From an uncultured Bacilli bacterium (GTDB taxonomy: Bacteria; Bacillota_I; Bacilli_A; ML615J-28; CAG-313): a DNA stretch of 64,000 nucleotides. Position numbers and translations under genes: made by a program. This document shows, in pieces, positions 39,294 through 48,165 of the stretch. Position 1 is the first letter of the stretch. Each line of letters opens with the position of its first letter. The DNA is taken from positions 9,287-73,286 of the forward strand of contig CATLBQ010000004.1 of NCBI GenBank assembly GCA_949879765.1, in the 5' to 3' direction. The notes beneath the pieces were generated by a model that ran no database searches, was not told the DNA's origin, and worked only from the letters and a program-made list of their open reading frames with translations.

Positions 39294-40570
39294 GTCCTTC
39301 TGTCAAGATTATTCTAATGATTATTATGATTTTATGTGTGTTTTTATCTGCTTTCTTTTCATCTACAGAAATCGTTTATTCGGGTGTAAGTAAGATCAAA
39401 CTCAAGAAAAAAATAGAAGAAGGTTCAAAAAAGGCAAGTGCAGCACTTCGTATATCTGAAAATTTTACGGATGCATTATCCACTATTTTGGTAGGAAACA
39501 ACTTGGTAAATATTTTAGTTTCTTCTACATCCACCTTACTTGCTACGTCCATTTGGGGGCCACAAAAAGGGCCAACTATGGCAGTTATTTTATCGACCAT
39601 TGTGGTTTTAATTTTTGGCGAAATTATTCCTAAAGTAGTAGGAAATCGATATAATTTCCGTTTATCGATGTTGTTTGCAAACTTATTTAATGGTTTTCGA
39701 ATCCTCTTTTTTCCTATCACATGGTTTGTGACTAAATTGGTTTCTTTACTTTCTAGACTTTGGACACCAAAGAAAAAAGAACCGATTGCAGATGGAGAAG
39801 AGCTCATTCATATTGTAGAGGAAATGGAAGAAGAAGGGGTCATTGAAGAAAATGATGCAGAATTGATTAGTGCTGCAATTGATTTTGTTGAAGTGACCGC
39901 ACATGAGATTATGGTGCCGCGTGTGGATGTATTTGCAATTGATATTGATGATGATCAAGCAGAAATATTGTCTAATGAAGAAATATTCCGTTTTTCCAGA
40001 GTGCCTGTGTATGAAGATACCATTGACCATGTAATTGGTATTTTGAATACAGTAGAATTGATGAAACGCATTTTAACGGGAAAAAAAATTGATATTCGTA
40101 CCATGTTGACTGAACCGATGTATGTCCATAAAACCAAGGCCATTTCAAATATTTTAACAGAATTCAAACAAACCAATCAACAATTAGCCATTGTAGTTGA
40201 TGAATTTGGTGGAATGATGGGGATTTTGACAATGGAAGATATTGTCGAAGAATTAGTAGATGATATTTTTGATGAGATGGATGAAGTGGTGTTAGACTAT
40301 ACTGAACTAGAGCCAGGAATTTATGAAGTAGATGGCGATATGAACATCTATGATTTTCTTGACTTAGTAGATTATGATGATCGTGATTTTGAATCAGAGT
40401 ATACTACCGTTGGGGGTTGGTGTACAGATATATTAGAAAGATTCCCTCAAGTAGGTGATGCCTTTACTTTCGCCAATTTAGAAGTTTCCATTATAGAAGC
40501 GGATAAAATGCGTGTAGAAAAGGTGAAAGTCATTGTACATGCAATAGAAGACGAAGAACATGATGATTAA
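39290..40570 (+). CDS. CNNM/DUF21-CBS-CorC_HlyC hemolysin-family membrane protein
   Basis: DUF21 plus CBS pair plus C-terminal CorC_HlyC-like domain. ATGA overlap with the upstream paralog. Confidence 0.8.
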   Translation: MSPSVKIILMIIMILCVFLSAFFSSTEIVYSGVSKIKLKKKIEEGSKKASAALRISENFTDALSTILVGNNLVNILVSSTSTLLATSIWGPQKGPTMAVILSTIVVLIFGEIIPKVVGNRYNFRLSMLFANLFNGFRILFFPITWFVTKLVSLLSRLWTPKKKEPIADGEELIHIVEEMEEEGVIEENDAELISAAIDFVEVTAHEIMVPRVDVFAIDIDDDQAEILSNEEIFRFSRVPVYEDTIDHVIGILNTVELMKRILTGKKIDIRTMLTEPMYVHKTKAISNILTEFKQTNQQLAIVVDEFGGMMGILTMEDIVEELVDDIFDEMDEVVLDYTELEPGIYEVDGDMNIYDFLDLVDYDDRDFESEYTTVGGWCTDILERFPQVGDAFTFANLEVSIIEADKMRVEKVKVIVHAIEDEEHDD

Positions 40571-40572
40571 TA

Positions 40573-40608
40573 ACAATCTCCTCTAAAATGGGGAGATTGT
40601 TATTTTTT
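40573..40608 (+). terminator. rho-independent terminator
   Basis: AACAATCTCC…GGAGATTGTT hairpin plus ATTTTTTG. Confidence 0.75.
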
Positions 40609-40690
40609 GTTAGAACAAAATAGTAGGAAATTTTGCATTTTTTTAGTATAATAAAAGAGAGGGAAAAAATAAAGATAGAGGAGGAATAAA

Positions 40691-43600
40691 ATGAAAAAGA
40701 GTTTAGTATGTTGTGGATTATGTCTACTCTTCTGTTTATCATTAGTTGCTTGTAAAACAGAGCAAAATCCAACTAAAACAGAAGAGCAAATTAAAATCGA
40801 ACAATTGATAGAACGAATAGATGCCATTGGTACTCCTGTTCTATTGTCTAGTGCGACTACATTAAGACAATTGAAAAAGGATTACGATGCACTATCAGAT
40901 GAAGCCAAACGGCAAGTGACCAATTTTGCAAAGTTAGTGGATGCCCTTCAAGAAATTGACCGATTAGAACATGTGGAAGAGCAAAAACGGTTAGCAAATG
41001 AAGTTGTGCATAGGATTGAACAGTTCAAACCAATAGAAGATATCACACTAGCCGATGAACCAGACATTGTAGCACTCAGAACAGCGTATGAGGCGTTATC
41101 TTCATTGGCCCAAACATATGTGACTAACATAGAAACATTAGAAAAATTGGAATTGAAACTAGTGACTTTAAAAGAAGATGATGCATATTATCAATTGGCT
41201 AACTTGGTAAGTCAAAAAATTGCGGCTTTACCAAAAGTAGAAGAGTTGAGGTTAGACCATCAAGACCAAGTCAATGCAGCTCGTCTAGCCTATGATGCAT
41301 TGGATGTGAAGGCTCAAGCGTATGTGGTGGGTCTTAGCATATTAGAGGCTTTAGAAGAAAAAATGGTTGTTTTGCAAGAAGAGGCACAACAAAATGAGTG
41401 GAAGGCTCAAGCCAAAGCAGTGGATGATTGCATTCTAGAATTGCCTTCTATCACAAACTTGCAATTACAAGACCAAGAAAAAGTGCAATATGCTAGAGCA
41501 CAGTATGAAAAATTAGAAGCAGCTGCCAAAGTGTATGTCCATCAAATGGAAACACTGATTGCACTAGAAAATCAATTGGTAAAGTTGCAACAAGAGCAAC
41601 AATTACAAGAAGAAGCAAGTAAGGTTGTTCAAGGGATTCAAGCACTGCCTACAGTGGATACACTGACTTTAGCAGATAAAGAACAAGTTGAACAAGTGAG
41701 CGCAGCGTATGAAGCGTTATCTCAAGAAGCAAAAGCCTATGTTACAAATCAAGATAAACTCAATCAATTGAAACAAAAATTGCAACAATTAGAAGAAGAA
41801 AATACCTTTCAACAAAGTGCTGCAGCGGTTGACGCAAGCATTTTGGGGCTACCTTCTATTGAAGAACTGACATTAGCTAATGAACAGACGATAGTTGAAG
41901 TGAGACAAGCTTATGAGTCCCTTTGTGAAGAAGCTCAGGCGTATGTGACTCATTTTGATTTGTTACTTCAATTAGAAGCAAAAATTGAACAACTGAAAGA
42001 AGAACAAGATGTTTCTCGTTATGATGTATATTTTTATTTAGATGGTGGAACCCTTGAAGGGGCAACACAAGGCAGTGAACCACAAAAAAATGCTACCATT
42101 GCAACCAATTATTATAGTACTGGGTATTGGGCACATTATACAAATGAAGTTGTTGTCTTTAAGACAAGCAGAATAGGGGAAGCTGATACGTATGCATCTG
42201 CTTTAAAAATTGGTTTTAGTTATCATACCGCATCACAAACTTATCGAGTAGACCAAGTGATTGCATCTGGTGTGGGGTTACATGCGGGGACGAAAACATC
42301 GGATTACTTTATTTTTGTTCATCCCGAACATAGCGTCGCTTATCAAATGCTCTCAACAGTTGAAGTAGGGGATCGCGTCGTAGTAAACCGAGAATTAGGA
42401 GATGTAGCAAGTACTACTTATGGCCTACAGATTGAAATTTACGATGCACAAATCACTATTCCATCATCTTATGCGGTTAAGCAATATACAGGTACTGCTA
42501 CATTAACGAACCCAACCAAATCAGGACATATTTTTATGGGATGGTATACCAATCCAGAATGTACAGGTACAAAAGTAACCACAGTAAATAAATCCACCAC
42601 GCTTTATGCTTGTTGGAAAATAGATGATACTATGATTGAGCCAAGTGACATTTTAAGTCTTGTCAGTGATATTGCTACGTCACAAACCATAGATTATTTA
42701 CCAAGTACATTAAGTGGTGCGACATTTGAATGGTCTAGCTCCAATCCCGCATTATATCAAATTGCCAATGGTATAGGAAAAGTGTCAAAAATCAATCAAA
42801 CGCACAAGGCGCAACAAGTGACCATTACAGTTCATATTCATTATGCAAATGGTACAAATCAGGTGAAATCTAAACCAATTACCATTGATCCTATTTTATT
42901 TGATGATTTGGTTTCCACCCCTGTTGCCACTTATTTTTCTACTGGTGCAATGTATGCGTATAAGCAATACAATGATCGGTATAAACAAGAAGGAACACTT
43001 TTTTCTAATACAACCAAACAAGCATTAGATATCATTTATTACGCATTCATTACGATTAACGCAGATGGTACTTGTCAATTAGATAATACCAGTTATTTGA
43101 ACGAGGTAAGAGCACTAAGAGAAAATGGTGTACGCATTGTTGCTAGTGTCAATGGTGTTTCTAGTCAAAGTTGTGCGAACTTCATGAACTTGACCGCAGA
43201 TCCTACAAAACGATCAGTATTTGTCAAAAATTTGATGGATTTAGTAGAAAGATACAATTTAGATGGTCTAGACATCGACTGGGAAACCGTTTCTTCGACA
43301 GTAAAAGTTGTTGCCTCTAGTATGAATGCACTTTGTAAAGACTTACGAGCAGAAATGAATAAACGCCAAGGGGATAGAGGTACACCCTATTTCTTAAGTG
43401 CTGCTGTTCCGGCTAGTTCATGGGGTACCGCATCCGATCGTTTTGATTTCAAAACCCTAGATCAATATTTAGACTATATTAACATTATGTCTTATGATAT
43501 GAATAGAACAGATAAAACATCACATCTTTCACCAATGTATTCTTCATCTTATGATGGTGGATATGGATTTGGTTGTGCTTATGGTGTAGAAAGATTGGTT

Positions 43601-44026
43601 AGTCTTGGTTTTTCTAGAAATAAACTTATTATTGGTACAGCAGGTTATGGAAAGGCATTTAAAGTTACAGGTGCATCTAGCAATACAACGTATCCTTATT
43701 TAGGTGTAGCAGGTACCCTTACTCAAATTAGTGGTGTACCTGGATCTTTTGCTAGTGGTACCGTATTCGGTAATGGTATTCAATATTTACTTCAAACCGG
43801 TAAATATACCAAGTATACAGAACGGAATAAGAGTGGTCAAATCGTAGGGTCTTATTTATATAATGCAACAGATCGTATATTTGTCACCTATGATAGTGAA
43901 GAAGTTGTTCAAGCCAAATATGCATATGCAAAGAGTATGGATGGTGTAGGTATTATGTGTTGGTGCTATTCTGAAGATACAGCAGATAATGTCATCAATG
44001 CCATTTATGCGGCCATCTATCAGTAA
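40691..44026 (+). CDS. GH18 glycoside hydrolase (chitinase/endo-beta-N-acetylglucosaminidase-like) lipoprotein with N-terminal helical repeats
   Basis: Lipobox LVAC. Six about 68-aa helical repeats (aa 37-440). Listeria-Bacteroides-repeat-like segment (GHIFMGWYTNPECTG). C-terminal GH18 domain with catalytic DGLDIDWE motif. Confidence 0.75.
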   Translation: MKKSLVCCGLCLLFCLSLVACKTEQNPTKTEEQIKIEQLIERIDAIGTPVLLSSATTLRQLKKDYDALSDEAKRQVTNFAKLVDALQEIDRLEHVEEQKRLANEVVHRIEQFKPIEDITLADEPDIVALRTAYEALSSLAQTYVTNIETLEKLELKLVTLKEDDAYYQLANLVSQKIAALPKVEELRLDHQDQVNAARLAYDALDVKAQAYVVGLSILEALEEKMVVLQEEAQQNEWKAQAKAVDDCILELPSITNLQLQDQEKVQYARAQYEKLEAAAKVYVHQMETLIALENQLVKLQQEQQLQEEASKVVQGIQALPTVDTLTLADKEQVEQVSAAYEALSQEAKAYVTNQDKLNQLKQKLQQLEEENTFQQSAAAVDASILGLPSIEELTLANEQTIVEVRQAYESLCEEAQAYVTHFDLLLQLEAKIEQLKEEQDVSRYDVYFYLDGGTLEGATQGSEPQKNATIATNYYSTGYWAHYTNEVVVFKTSRIGEADTYASALKIGFSYHTASQTYRVDQVIASGVGLHAGTKTSDYFIFVHPEHSVAYQMLSTVEVGDRVVVNRELGDVASTTYGLQIEIYDAQITIPSSYAVKQYTGTATLTNPTKSGHIFMGWYTNPECTGTKVTTVNKSTTLYACWKIDDTMIEPSDILSLVSDIATSQTIDYLPSTLSGATFEWSSSNPALYQIANGIGKVSKINQTHKAQQVTITVHIHYANGTNQVKSKPITIDPILFDDLVSTPVATYFSTGAMYAYKQYNDRYKQEGTLFSNTTKQALDIIYYAFITINADGTCQLDNTSYLNEVRALRENGVRIVASVNGVSSQSCANFMNLTADPTKRSVFVKNLMDLVERYNLDGLDIDWETVSSTVKVVASSMNALCKDLRAEMNKRQGDRGTPYFLSAAVPASSWGTASDRFDFKTLDQYLDYINIMSYDMNRTDKTSHLSPMYSSSYDGGYGFGCAYGVERLVSLGFSRNKLIIGTAGYGKAFKVTGASSNTTYPYLGVAGTLTQISGVPGSFASGTVFGNGIQYLLQTGKYTKYTERNKSGQIVGSYLYNATDRIFVTYDSEEVVQAKYAYAKSMDGVGIMCWCYSEDTADNVINAIYAAIYQ
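40799..42010 (+). repeat. six tandem about 68-codon intragenic repeats encoding helical modules (A..V…I..LP.I..LTL…AY.AL…A.AYVT…L…L)
   Basis: Protein-level periodicity in the N-terminal region of the GH18 lipoprotein. Nucleotide copies are diverged. Confidence 0.6.
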
Positions 44027-44031
44027 TTTGA

Positions 44032-44062
44032 ATTCCTCTAGGTGACTAGAGGAATTTTTAAT
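44032..44062 (+). terminator. rho-independent terminator
   Basis: ATTCCTCTA-ggtgac-TAGAGGAAT plus TTTTAAT. Confidence 0.7.
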
Positions 44063-44114
44063 ACTTTACAAATGTGTTCTTTTTTGGTATAATAAAATCA
44101 AAAAAGAGGAATAA

Positions 44115-44477
44115 ATGATGACAAAAGAAGAAATCGGATATCTTGTAGTGATACTATTGGTGTTGTTTTTGATTGGTTTTATGATTTTAATCAAGACCAT
44201 TCAAAAGCAAAAGCCTTTATTTTTACAGGTCAAGGAGAGTATAGCTGACCAGACACATAGCGTGGTTTTACAGAAAAAAAATCAATTAGAAATTCCTGTA
44301 TCCTATTATCAACAAACGTATACATATCAGGCGTTGTTTCAAGATATGTATACAAAAAAAGAAATCACCTTATATGTCACAAAAGATCAAGAATTTGATT
44401 TGTTGGAGCAGGAAGATTATACCATTACACATGATGGAATCGTTTTATTTGAAGCAAGAAGGAGTTATTTGACATGA
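44115..44477 (+). CDS. membrane-anchored hypothetical protein (120 aa)
   Basis: Single N-terminal TM helix. ATGA coupling to the downstream LOR-family gene. Confidence 0.3.
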   Translation: MMTKEEIGYLVVILLVLFLIGFMILIKTIQKQKPLFLQVKESIADQTHSVVLQKKNQLEIPVSYYQQTYTYQALFQDMYTKKEITLYVTKDQEFDLLEQEDYTITHDGIVLFEARRSYLT

Positions 44478-44944
44478 TTTTAAAATTCAAGCAACGTTTT
44501 ATGAGTTGGTTTGATTCATATGATATATACAATGAACAAGATGAAGTCATCTATCAAATCAAAGGAAGATTTTCAATTGGTCATTGTTTAGAAGTATATG
44601 ATCAAAAGGGGATACATGTTGCCACATTGAAAGAAAAAATATGGGTGATGTTACCTACTTTTGAAATCTATATTCATGAAAAATTAGTAGGATTTATTCG
44701 GAAAAAATTCCGTTTGTTGAAAAATGATTATGATATTCAGTTTAAAAATTGGACAGTAGATGGGAGCGTATTTGGTTTTGACTATACCATATTGGATGCT
44801 AATCGTCAACCCGTTGCAAAAGTCGAAAAAGAATTGTTTCATTTTACAGATACCTATTTGATTCGTGTACATCGCGATGAAGATGCATTGACTTGTTTGA
44901 TGTTTGTCCTAGCCATTGATGCTGAAAAATGCTCATCTAAATAA
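44474..44944 (+). CDS. LURP-one-related (LOR/YxjI, tubby-like fold) family protein
   Basis: 156 aa. Pattern …FDSYDIYNEQDEVIYQIKG…LEVYDQKG…IRKKF…KNDYDIQF… typical of the DUF567/LOR family. Confidence 0.55.
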   Translation: MILKFKQRFMSWFDSYDIYNEQDEVIYQIKGRFSIGHCLEVYDQKGIHVATLKEKIWVMLPTFEIYIHEKLVGFIRKKFRLLKNDYDIQFKNWTVDGSVFGFDYTILDANRQPVAKVEKELFHFTDTYLIRVHRDEDALTCLMFVLAIDAEKCSSK

Positions 44945-44990
44945 AAAAGACCTATTCAATATAAGCTATTGGATAGGTTTTTATTTTTTA
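44945..44990 (+). terminator. rho-independent terminator
   Basis: CCTATTCAATA-taagc-TATTGGATAGG (one G-U wobble) plus T-run. Confidence 0.65.
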
Positions 44991-45002
44991 AAAGCATATA
45001 GG

Positions 45003-45057
45003 TTGTATTTTGGAGAAAAGAAGCATATAATAATAACAGTTGAACAACTATTCAACT
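45003..45057 (+). promoter_or_regulatory. cadC promoter (TTGTAT-17-TATAAT) plus operator inverted repeat AGTTGAA-N6-TTCAACT
   Basis: -35 at 45003-45008, -10 at 45026-45031. 7-6-7 IR at 45038-45057, between the -10 and the SD. Confidence 0.45.
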
Positions 45058-45077
45058 ATTAGAAAGAGGTGAAAGAA

Positions 45078-45437
45078 ATGACAGAAAAAGATATCATGTG
45101 CTGTAAACATAATTTTGTACACGAAGATAAAGTAAACTTAGTGGAACATGAGATGCCTAAAGAGGAAAATTTATTGGGCGTAACAGAATTATTTAAAGTA
45201 CTAGGAGACCCAACTAGAACCAAAATACTTTCGGTTTTATATACGCAAGAGCTGTGTGTTTGTGACATTTCAAAAGTACTCAATATGACAAAATCTGCTA
45301 TTTCTCATCAACTGAAAATCCTCAAAATGGCTAGACTTATTCAGTCGAGAAAAGCAGGTAAAGAAGTTTATTATGCTTTAGCTGATGACCATGTAGGAAA
45401 AATATATCGCATGGCGATTGAACATGTGATGGAATAA
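45078..45437 (+). CDS. cadC: CadC-type ArsR/SmtB metalloregulator
   Basis: Alpha3N metal-site motif ELCVCDI plus N-terminal Cys (MCC). Winged HTH. Start placed at ATG 45078 (SD AGAGGTG). Confidence 0.85.
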   Translation: MTEKDIMCCKHNFVHEDKVNLVEHEMPKEENLLGVTELFKVLGDPTRTKILSVLYTQELCVCDISKVLNMTKSAISHQLKILKMARLIQSRKAGKEVYYALADDHVGKIYRMAIEHVME

Positions 45438-45448
45438 AAGGAGATTAT

Positions 45449-45670
45449 ATGAAAAAGATAGTAAAAATTATGAATTTAGATTGTGCCAATTGTGCTCAGG
45501 AATTAGAACGCGCCATTTCTAAAATTGAGGGAGTACATGAAGTAAGCATTCATTTTATGACCCAAAAAATGACCATTGATATAGACGATAATCAATATGA
45601 AAAAGTTGTGGGGTCTATTGAAAAGGCAAAGAGAAAAGTAGAACCGGATTGTGAAATTGTAGGTTTATAA
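45449..45670 (+). CDS. stand-alone heavy-metal-associated (HMA) domain protein with CadA-type CANC motif
   Basis: MNLDCANCAQ…, ferredoxin-like 73 aa. Aligns with the N-terminal metal-binding domain of the first ATPase. Stop lies 1 nt before the ATPase start, in the +1 frame. Confidence 0.7.
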   Translation: MKKIVKIMNLDCANCAQELERAISKIEGVHEVSIHFMTQKMTIDIDDNQYEKVVGSIEKAKRKVEPDCEIVGL

Positions 45671-45671
45671 T

Positions 45672-47531
45672 ATGTCTAAGCATCAAAAACAATTGATTCG
45701 AATCCTATGCTCCTTGATTATTTTTATCCCGATATGCATCATTGATCATGTATATCCAACAAGAGAGGATTTCTTAACATACATTATTTTGGGTGGTTAT
45801 CTTCTCTCTTATTTACTAGTAGCCTATAAGGTGGTGTTAAAAGCTATTAAAAATATTGCGCATGGCAAAATATTGGATGAAAATTTTTTAATGTTGATTG
45901 CTTCAATTGGAGCATTTATCATTGGTGAAACAGCAGAAGGAGCTGTTGTAATGATATTTTATCAAATTGGAGAGTTGTTTGAAAACTACGCCGTTGGAAA
46001 ATCAAGAGATTCAATTGCCAATTTGATGGATATTCGTTCTGAATTTGCAACCAAAATAGATGAAAATGGAGAAGAGATGATAGTAGACCCGAGTGAAGTG
46101 GCTATTGGCAGCACAATTATTGTAAAAGTAGGTGAAAAAATTCCGTTAGATGGGATTATCCAAAAAGGTGCAACTCTTTTAAATACGGCAGCCTTAACAG
46201 GCGAATCTTTACCTCAAGAAGTTAAAGAGGGAATGGAAGTTACAAGTGGAATGATCAATATTGGTTCAGTGATTGAAATCCAAACCACCAAATTATTCGA
46301 AGATTCAACAGTATCTAAAATTTTAGAATTGGTAGAAAATGCTTCATGCAAAAAGGCTAGAGCAGAAAATTTTATTGCCAAATTCGCAAGGTATTATACC
46401 CCCATTGTTGTTGGTCTTGCGGCAATAATAGCGGTTATTCCACCTTTGTTTACGCATGATTGGGGCACTTGGGTATTCAAAGCTCTTAATTTTTTGGTTG
46501 TTAGTTGTCCTTGTGCTTTGGTCATTAGTGTACCACTGAGTTTTTTTGGAGGAATTGGTGGTGCTTCTAAAAAAGGAATTCTCATCAAAGGTAGCAATTA
46601 TTTTGAAATACTAGATAAGGCCAATACTTTTGTGTTTGATAAAACAGGTACATTAACCAAAGGCAATTTTGCCGTTCAACAAGTAAAATTTGTTGGAGAT
46701 GAAGAAGAATTTTATCAAACTGTGTATTTGACTGAATCAAAAAGCAATCATCCCATTGCCAAATGTATCACCCAGTATGTTGAAAATCGGATTGTAGCAA
46801 TATCGGCTGATGAGATTGAAGAAGTCTCAGGTATGGGGATGATTGGCAAATGGAAAGACCACACCTACTTAGCAGGAAATGATAAACTCATGCAAAGTCA
46901 TCATATATCGTATGCAATGACAGAAAGTATAGGAACCATTGTTCATTTTGCAAAGGATAAGTCCTATTTAGGATATATGGAAATTATGGATGAAATCAAA
47001 CCAGATGCGACTACGACTATAGCCTATTTGAATAGTAAAGGATATCAAACCATTATGCTCACAGGCGATAATGAGCAAGTGGCTAAATATGTTGCAGAAC
47101 AACTTCATTTGAGTCATTATTACGCTGGATTGTTGCCGACTGATAAGGTGGGGTGTTTAGAAGAAATTATGAATAAAAACACACAAGGTACGACAGTGTA
47201 TGTTGGAGATGGTATCAATGATGCACCAGTCTTAATGCGTGCAGATGTGGGCATCTCAATGGGTGGGGTTGGAAGTGATAGTGCAATAGAAGCAAGTGAT
47301 GTGGTTTTAATGTATGATACGTTATCTAGTATTACTGATACCAAGCGTATTGTCAAAAAAACCATGCGTATTGTAAAAGAAAATATCATTTTTGCTTTAC
47401 TTGTGAAAATGGGTATCCTAGTATGGAGTATGGTAGCTGTTCCAAATATGTGGCTAGCCATATTTGCTGATGTGGGTGTATCTGTTCTTGCTATTTGCAA
47501 CGCTATGCGAGCCATGCATTCTAAAAAATAA
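45672..47531 (+). CDS. cadA: Cd/Zn-type P1B ATPase lacking N-terminal HMA domain
   Basis: CPC (VVSCPCALV), DKTGTLT, GDGINDAP. 619 aa, starting directly at TM1. Confidence 0.85.
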   Translation: MSKHQKQLIRILCSLIIFIPICIIDHVYPTREDFLTYIILGGYLLSYLLVAYKVVLKAIKNIAHGKILDENFLMLIASIGAFIIGETAEGAVVMIFYQIGELFENYAVGKSRDSIANLMDIRSEFATKIDENGEEMIVDPSEVAIGSTIIVKVGEKIPLDGIIQKGATLLNTAALTGESLPQEVKEGMEVTSGMINIGSVIEIQTTKLFEDSTVSKILELVENASCKKARAENFIAKFARYYTPIVVGLAAIIAVIPPLFTHDWGTWVFKALNFLVVSCPCALVISVPLSFFGGIGGASKKGILIKGSNYFEILDKANTFVFDKTGTLTKGNFAVQQVKFVGDEEEFYQTVYLTESKSNHPIAKCITQYVENRIVAISADEIEEVSGMGMIGKWKDHTYLAGNDKLMQSHHISYAMTESIGTIVHFAKDKSYLGYMEIMDEIKPDATTTIAYLNSKGYQTIMLTGDNEQVAKYVAEQLHLSHYYAGLLPTDKVGCLEEIMNKNTQGTTVYVGDGINDAPVLMRADVGISMGGVGSDSAIEASDVVLMYDTLSSITDTKRIVKKTMRIVKENIIFALLVKMGILVWSMVAVPNMWLAIFADVGVSVLAICNAMRAMHSKK

Positions 47532-47619
47532 AAAACAAAACATCTATTGGATAAAATAGATGTTTTTTCGTTTTTTAAAGCTTTATTTTTCGTATAATTG
47601 GGTGAAGGAGGAAAAATAT

Positions 47620-48165
47620 ATGAAAATAAAATCAAATAGGTATAACAAGGTATATATCTTGTTGACATTGCTCTTAACCCTCTTTTTACCAGCTTGTGGT
47701 AGTTCTCCTACGCTTAGTTCAAATACATCTACCTCCTTCACTACGGATACATCCAATGATTGTTTAATCGATCTAAGAGGTGAGGTGATGCATCCTGGTA
47801 TTTATAAGGTTGAAAGCGGATCATTGTTATATGATGTAATTGAACTAGCGGGAGGATTTACGGCATATGCAAATATTGCCAACCTCAATTTGGTATCTCT
47901 GATTACTTCAAATATGAAAATAGTCATAGAAAAAAAAGCAGAAAAGAAGGATGAATCTACACCACTAAACCAGCATAAAATTAATCTCAATACATGTACA
48001 AAAACAGAATTATTGACGTTACCAGGTATTGGTGATTCAAAAGCGAATGCGATTTTATCTTACCGGGAACAAACAGGAGCATTCCAACATGTTGAAGATT
48101 TATTAAAGGTGAATGGTATTGGTCCAACGCTTTTTCAAGACATTCAAGCGCTCGTCACTATATAG
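47620..48165 (+). CDS. comEA: competence protein ComEA (DNA receptor, helix-hairpin-helix)
   Basis: Signal/lipobox-like LPAC, SLBB-like middle, C-terminal tandem HhH (LPGIGDSKANAIL…VNGIGPTLF). Start placed at ATG 47620 after SD GAAGGAGG. Confidence 0.85.
   Translation: MKIKSNRYNKVYILLTLLLTLFLPACGSSPTLSSNTSTSFTTDTSNDCLIDLRGEVMHPGIYKVESGSLLYDVIELAGGFTAYANIANLNLVSLITSNMKIVIEKKAEKKDESTPLNQHKINLNTCTKTELLTLPGIGDSKANAILSYREQTGAFQHVEDLLKVNGIGPTLFQDIQALVTI

Noticed and set aside
40799-42010. Possible recent DNA tandem duplication / VNTR inside the GH18 gene
   Set aside because: Repeat units are conserved at the protein-motif level but diverged in nucleotide sequence and length. They are ancient domain repeats, not a recent tandem array.
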